Part shown: piece after piece, positions 10,478 to 24,464 of the stretch | How positions within the stretch are numbered: position 1 is the stretch's first letter | Layout of the letters: every line of letters begins with the position of its first letter | Source: an uncultured candidate division Zixibacteria bacterium | GTDB lineage: Bacteria; Zixibacteria; MSB-5A5; GN15; PGXB01 | Direction: 5' to 3' | Length of the DNA stretch: 64,000 nt | NCBI GenBank assembly: GCA_963702205.1 | Contig: OY969724.1 | Location: 1,472,001 to 1,536,000, forward strand | The notes under the pieces: generated by a model | The model's input: only the letters and a program-made list of their open reading frames with translations | What the model was told of the DNA's origin: nothing | Database searches by the model: none | Program-made: the position numbers and the translations under genes

Positions 10478-13400
10478 ATGGGACACGCCAGTTTCGTTCA
10501 TCTACATACCCACAGCCAGTACTCGCTGCTGGACGGTGCCTGCAAGCTCGACTCGGTCATCAAGCGGGCCAAAGAGTACAACATGCCGGCGCTGGCTATC
10601 ACCGACCACGGCAACATGTTCGGGGCGGCCGAATTTTATAAAAAAGCGACCGCTTCCGGTATCAAGCCGATAATCGGTATGGAGGCGTATGTCGCCGCCG
10701 GGTCGCGTTTCGACAAACGCCCGTCGAGCACCAGCCCCGACGGGGGGTATCATCTGGTTTTGCTCGCCCGCAATCAGGAAGGGTATAAGAACCTGGTCAA
10801 ACTGTCGTCGTACGGTTTCCTCGAAGGATTTTATCATCGCCCGCGCGTGGATAAAGAGCTTTTACGGACTCACTCCAAGGGGCTGATAGCCCTTTCGGCC
10901 TGTCTAAAAGGCGAAGTCAACTGGCATTTGCTGCGCGGCAATCCCGACAAGGCACTGGACGCGGCCCGCGAACTGAACGAGATTTTCGGCGAGGGTGATT
11001 TTTATATCGAGTTGCAAAACCACGGACTGGAGAAAGAGCAGCTTCTTATCCCGATGCTCAACACGATCCATCGCGAGACGGGTATCCCGCTGGTGGTCAC
11101 CAACGATTGCCATTATATCAATCGTCAGGACTATGAAGCGCACGACGCGCTTCTGTGCATACAAACCGGCAAGATGGTTTCCGACACCGACCGCATGCGC
11201 TATAACACGGACCAGATATATTTCAAATCATCCGAGGAGATGTTCAGCGTTTTCGAAGGCTACCCCGAGGCTTTGGAAAATACGGTTAAAATCGCCGAGC
11301 GGTGCAATCTCGAAATACAGATGGGTAAGCTCTATCTCCCTCATTTCCCGATCCCGGATAATTACGCCGACGCCGATGATTATCTTCGCAAGCTTTGTGA
11401 ACAAGGCTTGCAGGAGCGGTACAGCAAGATTACGGCCGACATGCGCAAACGGCTCGATTACGAGCTCGACGTTATCAAAGAGATGGGCTATGCCGGATAT
11501 TTTTTGATTGTAAAGGACTTCATCGATTACGCGCGGTCCATAAATGTGCCGGTCGGGCCGGGACGAGGTTCGGCGGCCGGATCGCTGGTTTCGTACCTGT
11601 ACGAGAATCACCAATATCGATCCGCTGAAATATTCCCTTCTGTTCGAGCGATTTTTGAATCCCGAACGTATCTCGATGCCGGATATAGACATCGATTTCG
11701 CCGACCGGGGCCGCGACAAAATTATCGACTATGTCGTACAAAAGTACGGCCATGAAAACGTCTGCCAGATTATAACGTTCGGGACGATGGCGGCTCGGGC
11801 AGTCGTGCGCGACGTGGGGCGCGTGCTGAGTATGCCATACGCCGAAGTCGACCGTATCGCCAAGATGATTCCATTCGCGGCAAATATGACGCTCGACCAG
11901 GCTCTGGTCATAAATAAAGAATTAAAAGAGTTGTACGACGGCGACGTGCGCGTCAAGAAATTGATCGACCTGTCGCAGACGCTCGAAGGTCTGGCGCGCC
12001 ACGCTTCGACTCACGCCGCCGGGGTCGTGATTGCACCGTCGGCCCTGACCGAATTCGTCCCCCTGTTCAAAGGGACGAAAGACGAAATCGTGACGCAGTT
12101 CGATATGAAGCGGATCGAGGACATCGGCCTTTTGAAAATGGATTTCCTGGGGCTGCGGACGCTGACTGTCATAAAAGACTGCCTCGAAATGATCGAGCAA
12201 AACCACGGTAAGAAAATGGATATCGATCATGTCAATTTGAGCGATCCCAGGGTCTATAAACTGTTCGCGCGCGGCGATACGGTCGGCGTCTTTCAGTTTG
12301 AATCGTCGGGGATGCGCGACTACCTGCGCCGGATGAAATCCGATAAGTTCACCGACCTGATCGTCATGAACGCCCTGTATCGACCGGGCCCGCTCGATTC
12401 GGGCATGATCGACACCTACATCGAGCGCAAGCACGGACGCGAGAAGCTATCGTACGATCACCCCAAGCTCGAAAAGATTTTAAAGGATACGTACGGTGTC
12501 ATCGTCTTCCAGGAGCAGGTGCTGCAGATCGCCAACTCGCTGGCCGGATATTCGATGGGCAAGGCCGACATCCTGCGCAAGGCGATGGGCAAAAAGCAGG
12601 CCAAGCTCATGGCCGAGCAGAAGCGCGAGTTTTTGAAAGGGTGCGGCGAACAAAAGATCGACGCGAAAATAGCCAACAACGTGTTCGACCAGATCGAGAC
12701 GTTCGCCCGCTACGGTTTCAATAAAGCTCATTCGACCTGCTACGCCTTTATAGCCGTCCAGTGTGCCTATTTGAAAACGTACTATCCCCACGAATTTCTC
12801 GCGGCCAACATGACGTCGGAAATAGACTCCTCGGACCGCATTTATATTCTTATGGAAGAATGCCGCAAGCTCGGTATTACGGTCCTTCCGCCGGATGTCA
12901 ACGAATCGCTCAAGGCGTTCAGTGTCAAGGACGGCAAAGTGCGGTTCGGGCTGCTCGGTGTGAAGAACGTCGGTGCGGGTGCGGTCGAGGCCGTAATTGA
13001 TGCTCGCGAAGAAGATGGGCGTTTTGCCAGCTTCGCCGATTTTGTCTCGCGGGTAAATCTTAAAAATCTCAACCGCCGGACGGTGGAGTCGCTGATCGCG
13101 GCCGGGGCGTTCGATTCGATTCCCGGGAATCGTGCCCAAAAGACGGCCGTAGTCGAGTCGATGCTCGAATTTGGTGGAAAGGTGGCGCAGTCGCAAAACA
13201 GCAACGATCTTTTTGTCGGGGAGACCGGACAAATCGAACGGGTCGAACCGCCGCTGCCGGAGATCGCCGACTGGTCGATCTCGCGCAAGCTGGCCACCGA
13301 AAAAGACATGCTCGGATTTTATGTGTCCGGCCATCCGCTCGACCGCTACCGCGAAGAACTGATCTCGTTCGGTACCGTCGATACGGAAAGACTGACGACG

Positions 13401-13913
13401 GTCAAGGACGGCCGCGAAGTGCGTATCGGCGGGATCATCTCGGTGATCAGTCTGAAAACCGACAAGCGCGGCAATCAGATGGCGTTCGTGACGCTGGAAG
13501 ATTTCAAGGGCAAAGCCGAATTGATTATTTTTTCGGATTGTTACGAAAAGGGGAAGGCCTGCATAATCGAAGACAATATTGTTATGCTTTCGGGACGAGT
13601 CTCGACGCGCGAGGACGAGGCGCCTAAAATCATAGTTTCCGATCTGTTTCCGCTGGATTCGCTGGCCGACCGCTTCAAATGCCGGTTGGTCATAAAGATA
13701 GACGAGGAAACACCCGAAAAGAAACTAACGGCCGTGCAAAAGGTCCTGGCCGGAAACTCAGGTCAGACACCGGTGATGATAGCCGCGAGGCGTAACGGCG
13801 ATGAATATTATATTCGTTCGCGCAGCCTGGCTGTCGAGCCGAAACACGAGCTATTGATCAAGTTAAAAGAGCTTCTGGGCGACAGCGGAGCCTATCTGGA
13901 GCCGCCCAAATAG
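10478..13913 (+). CDS. dnaE: DNA polymerase III alpha subunit, with one frameshift near 11593-11602
   Basis: PHP motif HLHTHSQYSLLDG, GRGSAAGS, PDIDIDF, OB fold; split over two overlapping frames. Confidence 0.96.
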
Positions 13914-13992
13914 CCAAAAAAAGGCAACCTTTTTTGTCAGATTATGTTATAATATTAAGTTATGCAGACAACTTGAAACTTAAGGTTTGGTT

Positions 13993-14553
13993 ATGAAGAG
14001 AGCATTTTTATCAATCGGCATCATGGCGCTTTTTCTCGCCGCAGCGGTATTCGCCGAGGCCCCCAAAGACAAAGAAAAGAAGTCCGCCGCCTCTCCGGAC
14101 ATCGATACCACCCAGGTGACATGGGTTAAGTACGATGAAGGGCTCAAAATGGCCAAAGAGACCGGCAAGCATATCATGGTGAATTTTACCACGACGTGGT
14201 GTGGCTACTGTAAAAAAATGAAGCGCGAGGTTTTCTCAAGCACAGACGTCATAAAATTTCTGAATGAGAATTTCGTCTGCGCGTCGGTCGATGGGGATTC
14301 CAAGGACGAACTTAATGTTGACGGTTACAAAATCACCGAGAGGAATCTGGCCCGGTCCGAGTACCGCGTGTCCGGTTACCCGACTTACTGGTTTTTGAAA
14401 TCCGATGGCGAACGGATCGGCCCCGCTCCGGGTTACAAACCGAAAGAGCAGTTCATGGATATTCTGTATTATGTCAAGAACGACATTTATTCCGATATGA
14501 CTTTCGATGATTTTATGAAAAAGGGCGGCCGCAAGAATTACGAAAAGGAGTAG
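13993..14553 (+). CDS. Exported thioredoxin-family protein (SoxW/DUF255-like)
   Basis: Signal peptide, WCGYC, GYPT. Confidence 0.82.
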   Translation: MKRAFLSIGIMALFLAAAVFAEAPKDKEKKSAASPDIDTTQVTWVKYDEGLKMAKETGKHIMVNFTTTWCGYCKKMKREVFSSTDVIKFLNENFVCASVDGDSKDELNVDGYKITERNLARSEYRVSGYPTYWFLKSDGERIGPAPGYKPKEQFMDILYYVKNDIYSDMTFDDFMKKGGRKNYEKE

Positions 14554-14567
14554 TGAGGTAAAGGATC

Positions 14568-15092
14568 ATGAAATTTAAACTCGGTTTGATTTTCTTGTCG
14601 TTGGTACTGACGGTGCTGTTTGTCGGATGCTCGTCGTCGAAAACCGATCAGGCAAAAGCCGCGAATAAAGCTTCATCGGGCGAGGTCACCGAAGCCACGT
14701 TCTCGGTTAAGGACCTCAACGGCGATATTCGCACTTACGATGAATACAAAGGCAAAGGACCGCTGATTCTGAATTTCTGGGGAAGCTGGTGTCCGCCGTG
14801 CCGCAAGGAACTGCCCGATTTGAAAAAAATATATGAAGAGTACAAGGGGCAGGGATTGCAGATGGTCGGGCTGGCGGTGCAGGATACACCGGAACGGGTC
14901 CGTCAGTTCGCCCACGACAACAATCTGGACTGGACGATGCTGATGGCCAACAGCGACGCGATCGAGGCGTTTAATGTCGGGACCGGTGTCCCGGTGACGA
15001 TTTTCATCGACCGCAATGGTAAGGAAGTCACGCGCATGATCGGTGCACGGGATTACAATACGTTCAAGGCGGTCGTGGAAAAGATTATATAG
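14568..15092 (+). CDS. TlpA/ResA-family thiol-disulfide oxidoreductase lipoprotein
   Basis: Lipobox FVGC, NFWGSWCPPC, GVPVT. Confidence 0.88.
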   Translation: MKFKLGLIFLSLVLTVLFVGCSSSKTDQAKAANKASSGEVTEATFSVKDLNGDIRTYDEYKGKGPLILNFWGSWCPPCRKELPDLKKIYEEYKGQGLQMVGLAVQDTPERVRQFAHDNNLDWTMLMANSDAIEAFNVGTGVPVTIFIDRNGKEVTRMIGARDYNTFKAVVEKII

Positions 15093-15294
15093 ATTAGTGC
15101 AATATAGTATTTTTCGAAGCGGGCTTCATGCCCGCTTTTTTGTGGGGAAATATTGAATGATTTAAATAAAATTCCTGTCCTCAATGAATGTCATTCCCGC
15201 GAAAGCGGGAATCCAGTTCTTCGTAAGTTGAAGCCCTTTTGGTTGCTACGTCTTCTATGCACTACATATCCCACGGCAAGCCGTGGGCGACCGG

Positions 15295-15487
15295 CCGTCA
15301 GTTCGCCCACGACAACAATCTGGACTGGGTAATGCTCATGGCCGACAACAAGGCCATCGAGTCGTTTCATATCGGCACCGGTGTCCCGGTGACGATTTTC
15401 ATCGACCGCAATGGCAAAGAAGTGACGCGCATGATCGGTGCGCGCGATTATAATACGTTCAAGGCGGTCGTGGAAAAGATAATTTAG
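15295..15487 (+). pseudogene. 5'-truncated duplicate of the TlpA C-terminus
   Basis: Aligns with 14900-15092 with mostly synonymous changes; no CxxC and no start; the terminator is duplicated too. Confidence 0.8.
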
Positions 15488-15589
15488 AGTTGCAGGATAT
15501 AGATTTTAAAAAAGCGGGCGCGATGCCCGCTTTTTTTGTGGGGGATATTGGATGATTAAATGAAACTTTTGGGTCTATAAGAATCCCGA

Positions 15590-15820
15590 CATAGAATGTC
15601 GGGCCACCCTGGACCGGGATGACATTGAAATGTCTGGGCGAGTTACTAGCGGCGGGTCTGAGGACCCGCCGATCACAACGTACCGAGCAACATATCTGCA
15701 GCCGAGGGCGTCTGCCGGCTTACAGCACATGTAGGTCGGGTTCTGAATTCCCGTTTTCACGGGAATGAAAAACCCGACATCTTTTTGTCGGGTTTCTCGA
15801 AGACTCGGAACCCGACCTAC
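15590..15820. repeat. REP-like palindrome cluster
   Basis: Same module families as 2427-3185 and 5295-5339. Confidence 0.8.
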
Positions 15821-15827
15821 TTTTTTA

Positions 15828-16262
15828 CTAATCTTCCTGTGATTTGCGTTTGGAGAAATAGATGATGCCGGGCCAGGGTTCATAGCCGGAATGCTCGAAG
15901 GCCGACATCGACGGCGTGTTTTCATCTTCGATCAACGCCGCTATGACGGTGATGCCCAGGCCGTGCAGAAACGTCTCACACTCATCGATCAAACGCCGCG
16001 CCAATCTTTGTCCACGATAGTCGGGATGTACTGCCAGGCGGTTGATCCAGCCTTTGCGTCGGTCGGATGTGCCAATTATAGAGCCGATTAATTTATCGCC
16101 ATCGAACATGCCGAGTATGACGGTCTCGTCGCGGGCAAAATCTCGGGCCATCGAATCCCGCGAATCGCGACCGTGGGGTTTGTGCTCCAGTCCGCAGACC
16201 CGCCAGAGTGCGATCAGGTCGTCGTAGTCGTCGATATCGAGATTTCTAATCTTTGGGTCCAT
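15828..16262 (-). CDS. GNAT family N-acetyltransferase
   Basis: LAVHPDYRGQRLA motif A. Confidence 0.88.
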   Translation of the reverse strand: MDPKIRNLDIDDYDDLIALWRVCGLEHKPHGRDSRDSMARDFARDETVILGMFDGDKLIGSIIGTSDRRKGWINRLAVHPDYRGQRLARRLIDECETFLHGLGITVIAALIEDENTPSMSAFEHSGYEPWPGIIYFSKRKSQED

Positions 16263-16929
16263 ATTTCTCTTCCAGGATGGCCTCCAGCCGTGAGATGGTT
16301 GTTTCGGTTACTATCGGTTTGTCGTCGGCCCAGTGTTCGCAACCGGTGAAATTCAGAAAGACGCCCCGGGCCGGGACCCCGGCTTCTCTGGCCGAGCGCA
16401 TGCCCGACGCCAGTGTCAAGAGACAGGCGATCCCAATTACCGAAAGGGATTTTTTATCTTTCTTGATTTTCTCAATCTGTTCGGTCAGGGCTCGTTTGGA
16501 AAAATAACATTTGATATCGTATTTTTGAGCCAGTTGATTAATCTTGTTTATTTCGCAGTTAGGGACGCACTGGTCGCAGGTTTTGCCGTACCTGGTTCTG
16601 ACTTTTTTACACTTGTTCTGCATAAGGGCCATGCAGTCGGGCAAAATTATGACGGTGTGTTTAGCTTGATTGAAGGCCTCGCGGTTGATGCGGTCCATTA
16701 TTTCATAGTACACCGCTTCGAGGAGGTACTTTTCTTTGGGATTCAGCCGGAAATCTTTGTCATTGCGGTCGCTTTGGTCGGCCCGGGCTTTTTCGAGGAA
16801 AACGTCGATATTGGCGAACTCCTTTTCAAAGAGCGCATAGCCGTCGGACAGAAATTTATCGGTGAAATCGGAAAGTTTGTCATAGAAATCGTCCCCCAGC
16901 CGGAACGTGATGGTCGGTTTGGTTTTCAT
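16246..16929 (-). CDS. DUF116 domain protein
   Basis: ILPDC..CDQCVPNCEI..IGIAC cysteine pattern; start placed at MKTKPT. Confidence 0.75.
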   Translation of the reverse strand: MKTKPTITFRLGDDFYDKLSDFTDKFLSDGYALFEKEFANIDVFLEKARADQSDRNDKDFRLNPKEKYLLEAVYYEIMDRINREAFNQAKHTVIILPDCMALMQNKCKKVRTRYGKTCDQCVPNCEINKINQLAQKYDIKCYFSKRALTEQIEKIKKDKKSLSVIGIACLLTLASGMRSAREAGVPARGVFLNFTGCEHWADDKPIVTETTISRLEAILEEKYGPKD

Positions 16930-17026
16930 CGATTCATTATAATAAATAGTTGGAGATTCAGCCAGAGCGGGCATAAAAAAACCGGCTGACAATTGAAGCT
17001 GCCAGCCGGTATAAGAATTTGGCAAT

Positions 17027-17578
17027 TTAACCGTCGATTTTTTTCTTGGCGTCTTTGCCCCAGCCTTTCATCGTTTTTTCAATCTTGATGCGGCTGGTGC
17101 CCTGACGAGCGTCGATATTTTCCGGGTTGAATTCCAGAGACGCTCCATACTCGTCGTTGGCCTTGTCGAGTTTGCCCATCTGTTCCCAGCTATAGCCGAG
17201 GGCGAAATGTATTTCGGAGCGCACATAGCGGTTATCAGGAGAAAATTTCAGGCCTTTGGAGAGAACATCGAGAGATGGTTGATAGTCGCGGCGTTTTTGC
17301 ATGGCCAGGCCGAGATAATAGTACGCCTCCCAATTATTCTCGTTGAAGGCGATAGCTTTCTCGGCGTGGTCCTGGGTCTGTTTGTATTTGCCCTTGACAT
17401 ACATCACCTTGGCCTGGCTGAGATGCTGGTTGGAGGCCTCGACATTGACCGGGCCGTGGCCCTGCGAGACGGCCATCGGTTCTTCGTGCACGATGACGAC
17501 GTTGCGCGATCCACCGCCGGAGCAGGCAAACATGGTGACGGCCGAAAGGCACAGCAGAAGGAGCACTAATTTTTTCAT
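17027..17578 (-). CDS. TPR-repeat lipoprotein
   Basis: Lipobox MFAC; TPR motifs AYYYLGLA and FALGYSW. Confidence 0.8.
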   Translation of the reverse strand: MKKLVLLLLCLSAVTMFACSGGGSRNVVIVHEEPMAVSQGHGPVNVEASNQHLSQAKVMYVKGKYKQTQDHAEKAIAFNENNWEAYYYLGLAMQKRRDYQPSLDVLSKGLKFSPDNRYVRSEIHFALGYSWEQMGKLDKANDEYGASLEFNPENIDARQGTSRIKIEKTMKGWGKDAKKKIDG

Positions 17579-17709
17579 ATTAACCTCCAGACAATAATAT
17601 TCGAGTTATATGGTACATTATCGGCATGTCGCACGGCAGTCTTACCCGACTGTGCAAACTTTGAACAGCATCCATTGACATTCAGAGTCCCGGCCGATAT
17701 ATTCTGATC

Positions 17710-18471
17710 GTGTTACTGGCGATTGACATAGGCAATACCGACACGGTGGTCGGTGTCTTCGACGGCGACCATCTGAAAAATAGCTTTCGGGTGGCATCGA
17801 AGCTGAATTTCACCGTGGATGAAAGCGGTTTTTTCGTCACCGGTCTGCTGGAGCGGATGGGGATTGCGTCCGGGGATATCGATCGGGTCGTGATGGCATC
17901 GGTCGTGCCCGGCCTTACCCCAGTTTTCGAGCGCATGTGCCGTAAGTATCTCGCATGCGATCCGCTGGTGGTGTCGTCGAAAGTCAAGCTGCCGATCAAG
18001 CTGGGTTACGATGACCCGCGCGAAATGGGTGCGGATCGTATCGCCGATGCCGTCGCGGCTTTCGCGAAATTCGGCGGCCCGGTTATCCTGGTCGATTATG
18101 GCACGGCGACGACGTTCAACGTCGTGACGGCCGAGGGGGTATATATCGGCGGGGTGATTGCACCGGGTATCAAGACGGCCGGGGCGGGGCTGGCCGAAAA
18201 GGCGGCGCGCCTGTTCGAAGTGCGGATCGAAAAACCGGATCGGATTATAGGTAAAAGCACGGCCGAGTCAATTAAATCGGGGATGTTCTATGGGACAATC
18301 GGGCAGGTCGATGCTATACTGGAACTGATCATGCAGGAGATGGGGCAAAAGCCGAAAATTATCGCGACCGGGGGGTTATCGTCGGAGTTCGCGCCGCATT
18401 CGCAATATATCGAACAGGTTTTTCCGGAATTGACGCTGGATGGTCTCAGAATTATCGCGGACAGTCAATAA
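17710..18471 (+). CDS. coaX: Type III pantothenate kinase
   Basis: LAIDIGNT, GADRIAD, VDYGTATT, ATGG. Confidence 0.95.
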   Translation: MLLAIDIGNTDTVVGVFDGDHLKNSFRVASKLNFTVDESGFFVTGLLERMGIASGDIDRVVMASVVPGLTPVFERMCRKYLACDPLVVSSKVKLPIKLGYDDPREMGADRIADAVAAFAKFGGPVILVDYGTATTFNVVTAEGVYIGGVIAPGIKTAGAGLAEKAARLFEVRIEKPDRIIGKSTAESIKSGMFYGTIGQVDAILELIMQEMGQKPKIIATGGLSSEFAPHSQYIEQVFPELTLDGLRIIADSQ

Positions 18472-18583
18472 AAATTGCAACTCAAGTCGTTACAGTATAA
18501 TACCTAATAATTTAATCACATTACCGTAAAAATTTTCTGAAACCTCTTGACAAGCTCGGGTTTATACTTATATTCACGAGCTG

Positions 18584-18610
18584 TTAGCACTCTAAATAAA
18601 AGAGTGCTAA
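18584..18610 (+). promoter_or_regulatory. CIRCE element (HrcA operator), downstream of a TTGACA (18547) / TATATT (18569) promoter
   Basis: Perfect TTAGCACTC-N9-GAGTGCTAA upstream of groES. Confidence 0.96.
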
Positions 18611-18661
18611 CACGAATAGAATGTAAATGAAGGAGTATAAATCCTAACAGGAGGATGGAAA

Positions 18662-18952
18662 ATGCAGGTTAAGCCGTTAGCAGATCGTGTATTGGTTAAG
18701 CCGATCGACATGGCGGAAGTCAAGAAAGGCGGAATCATTATTCCCGATACCGCCAAAGAGAAGCCTCAGGAAGGCGAAGTGGTGGAAGTCGGCACCGGCC
18801 GCACCACCGAAGACGGCAAGAAGGTCCCGATGGAAGTCAAGAAGGGTGACACCATTCTTTACGGCAAATATTCGGGTTCTGAAGTTCACGTTGATGATGA
18901 TGATTTTCTGATCATGCGCGAGTCAGATATTCTGGCAGTCGTGTCCAAGTAA
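18662..18952 (+). CDS. groES: Co-chaperonin GroES
   Basis: [23 protein letters not shown]. Confidence 0.98.
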   Translation: MQVKPLADRVLVKPIDMAEVKKGGIIIPDTAKEKPQEGEVVEVGTGRTTEDGKKVPMEVKKGDTILYGKYSGSEVHVDDDDFLIMRESDILAVVSK

Positions 18953-18965
18953 ATAAGTGAGGTGA

Positions 18966-20609
<1,644 letters not shown>

Positions 20610-20636
20610 TAAGAAAACCCTCCCCATTTTAATACA

Positions 20637-20665
20637 GAGACCCCCCGATTTTTCGGGGGGTTTTT
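20637..20665 (+). terminator. Intrinsic terminator after groEL
   Basis: CCCCCCGA-TTTT-TCGGGGGG followed by TTTTT. Confidence 0.85.
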
Positions 20666-20809
20666 GTTTTGGTGTGATAACCCGGTCGGTCACGGAAGAT
20701 AGTACGTTGTGCGCAACGCTGTGGAATTTTGAATCGGGGTGTCCCGCCGCTTTCCAGATCGGAAGGGTGGCCACCCGCCTGGAAGATAAAGTAGCGACTG
20801 TCTTAATTG

Positions 20810-21945
<1,136 letters not shown>

Positions 21946-21962
21946 ACAATTGCCAATATACA

Positions 21963-22135
21963 AGGGCAGAACCCTTTCGAAGACCATGATCTTTTGAAGG
22001 GTGGCGGTTCTGCCGTTTTTGTCAAATCAAGATGGCAGAACTGCTCCGCTTCGCTTAGAGTTCTGCCCTACAAGATGTATATAATATTGTCATTCGAGAT
22101 GGCAGGAGCGCTCCGCTTCGCTCGGCTCCTGTCCT
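21963..22135. repeat. REP doublet interrupted by the IS110; second, empty target at 22060-22071
   Basis: GGCAGAACC..GGTTCTGCC and GGCAGAAC..GTTCTGCCCTAC. Confidence 0.85.
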
Positions 22136-22209
22136 GCGAGAAAACTTCACTCTCGCCGGAAGCTCCTGAAAGTCTTGACATATCTGCACGTTTTGCATAA
22201 GATGTCGCC

Positions 22210-22968
22210 GTGACGATGATAGATGTATTCATAACGCAGCTTGTTGACAGGTTCGGTGAGGACCGTCTGACATATCAGAAAGGCCTTCCAACTTTCCACC
22301 CCGAATCGACCGAAGAAGCGGCCGGGGCGATCAAACTGGCCAACGAAGCCGGGCAGAAGATGTATATCACCGGGTTCGGCAATAATATCGATCCGGAAGG
22401 TACCAGGTTCGAAAATCTGGTCATAATCAGGACCGACCGTCTGAACCAGCTTTTGCAGATAGTCCCGCAGGATTATTTTGTCGTGGTCGGAGTCGGGTAT
22501 CCGCTGCGCGAGATCAATTTCAATCTCAAAGAGCATAACCTGTTTTTGCCGCACGCGAACCTTCCGTATGTCGGTTCGGTGGGCGGAGCGCTGGCGGTGG
22601 GGCTGTCGTGCGAATATCAAATGCACGATCTTCCAGTCGGCCGCTATTTTCTCAAGGCCGAGATCGCGACGCCGGAAGGCGAGGTGATCCTTCCCGGATC
22701 GGCCTGTTTCAAATCGGTCTCGGGGTTCGATATCGTCAAGATTTTCTCACCGTCGTGGGGACAGCTGGGACTGATCACGAAGGTCTGGTTTCGGGTGATG
22801 CCGACGTCGGAGGCGTATCTGTACGATCACATCGCGCAGCAGCCGATCGATTACGATAAGTTCGCGCGGTTGTACAGCGATCCCGGGGACAATGTCTCGG
22901 CACAGTATTCATTGAAGATCAAGCAGAAGTTCGATCCGAACGGCGTATTGCCGTTGATTAAGATATAA
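22210..22968 (+). CDS. FAD-binding oxidoreductase (GlcD/GlcE-like, short)
   Basis: SVGGALA, KSVSGFDI, GQLGLIT, KFDPNGVL. Confidence 0.78.
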   Translation: MTMIDVFITQLVDRFGEDRLTYQKGLPTFHPESTEEAAGAIKLANEAGQKMYITGFGNNIDPEGTRFENLVIIRTDRLNQLLQIVPQDYFVVVGVGYPLREINFNLKEHNLFLPHANLPYVGSVGGALAVGLSCEYQMHDLPVGRYFLKAEIATPEGEVILPGSACFKSVSGFDIVKIFSPSWGQLGLITKVWFRVMPTSEAYLYDHIAQQPIDYDKFARLYSDPGDNVSAQYSLKIKQKFDPNGVLPLIKI

Positions 22969-23253
22969 AGACAGGCAGGTCTGATGACCTGCCTGAACTT
23001 AGTACTTATTATGCCGTGAGGAAGGGGTTCCTGACGGTGCGGTCTTAATTGCCGCCCGCCCAGTGAAAAGATGGCCGGAGCGCTTCGCTACGCCTGGCTC
23101 CAGCCCTGCAAGATACTTTGATTTGCAAAGCCACAATTGTTGGTTATCTCTACCTGTAAAGTGGGACTCGGAATGCCGACCTACGGTTTGGGGAATTGTT
23201 ATTCCTGTTTCTTTTTTGGTGACAAACCGTAATCTCCGCATATAAATTAACGT

Positions 23254-24459
23254 ATGCCGGAAGTGAACAACAATAACACGACACCTCTGAAAGCCCTTTT
23301 TATCACTCATAATTATATCCGTTATCAGGGGGATTTTTCCGGGGTGTTTTTGCACCTGCTGGCCCGACGGCTAAGAGATCACGGGGTCAATGTGTCGGTG
23401 CTGGCGCCGCACGACGGCGGTCTGCCGGAGTTCGAGATGATTGACGGTATAAGCATATATCGCTTCCGCTACGGCGACGATACGGCCGAGACGTTTGCCT
23501 ATCGGGGTGATATGCACCGCCAGTTGATGTACAATCCGCTGAAATTTCTGCTGCTGCTGAAATTCGTCCGCGAGGCTTATAAACAGGCCGTGAAGATAAT
23601 CAAAGATGAAAATATTGGTATTGTCAACATCCACTGGATTGTCCCCAACGGTCTTATCGGGAAGAAGCTGCTCAGGAAATTCGATGGTAATATCAAGATA
23701 TTTCTAAGCTCGCACGGCACCGATATCAGGCTTTTGACCAAAATTCCGTTCGTACTGAGTTATTTCAGGTTATTTGTCAGAAATTGCCGGGCGTGGACGG
23801 TCGTTTCGACCTTTTTGGCGTCGAAGATTTCGTTAAAAGACCAGGAACTGGGCAATACGATCAAAGTTATAGCGCTGCCCAACGATGAGAGTCTTTTTCG
23901 CCCCATGGATAGAATAAAGAAAGACAGCTTTCTAATTGTGGCGGCGTCTCGGCTGACGGTGCAAAAGCGGCTAAAGCACCTGATCGAAGCGATCCGCCTG
24001 GCATCCGAGCAGGTACCGGACGTGCGTCTCGAAATATACGGGGCCGGTCCGGAGCAGGAGAAGCTTAACCGCCAGATCGAAGAGGCGGGCCTAATCGGTC
24101 GCATCAATATTTTCGAGCCGCTGCCGCAGGATAAACTGGCCGAAGTGTACAACCGGGCTTCGGTTGTAGTCCTGAATTCGTACCAGGAAGGGTTTGGGCT
24201 GGCGCTGACCGAAGCGATGCTGTGCCGTACGGCCGTCATCGGGACGAAATCGGGCGGCATTACGGGTATTATCGATCACGAAAAAACCGGCCTTCTGGTG
24301 CCGGTGGATGACCCGGCAAGCCTGTCAGCAGCGATTGTGAAGCTGGTAACGGATATTGAACTCCGAGACAGTCTGGCCGAAGCGGGGTATCAAAAGGCGC
24401 TCAGGAAATATTCATCGGATTCGTCGGCGCGGGCTTTCGCGGCGATGTTCAGAAAATAA
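23254..24459 (+). CDS. GT4 glycosyltransferase
   Basis: EGFGLALTEAM (EX7E motif). Confidence 0.9.
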   Translation: MPEVNNNNTTPLKALFITHNYIRYQGDFSGVFLHLLARRLRDHGVNVSVLAPHDGGLPEFEMIDGISIYRFRYGDDTAETFAYRGDMHRQLMYNPLKFLLLLKFVREAYKQAVKIIKDENIGIVNIHWIVPNGLIGKKLLRKFDGNIKIFLSSHGTDIRLLTKIPFVLSYFRLFVRNCRAWTVVSTFLASKISLKDQELGNTIKVIALPNDESLFRPMDRIKKDSFLIVAASRLTVQKRLKHLIEAIRLASEQVPDVRLEIYGAGPEQEKLNRQIEEAGLIGRINIFEPLPQDKLAEVYNRASVVVLNSYQEGFGLALTEAMLCRTAVIGTKSGGITGIIDHEKTGLLVPVDDPASLSAAIVKLVTDIELRDSLAEAGYQKALRKYSSDSSARAFAAMFRK

Positions 24460-24464
24460 TCTGT

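Noticed and set aside
10478..13913. Naturally split or intein-containing dnaE, or programmed frameshift
   Set aside because: A single-base deletion restores a continuous protein; no intein motifs or slippery heptamer are visible
15239..15487. Functional 82-aa TlpA
   Set aside because: The N-terminus derives from repeat DNA and the CxxC motif is missing
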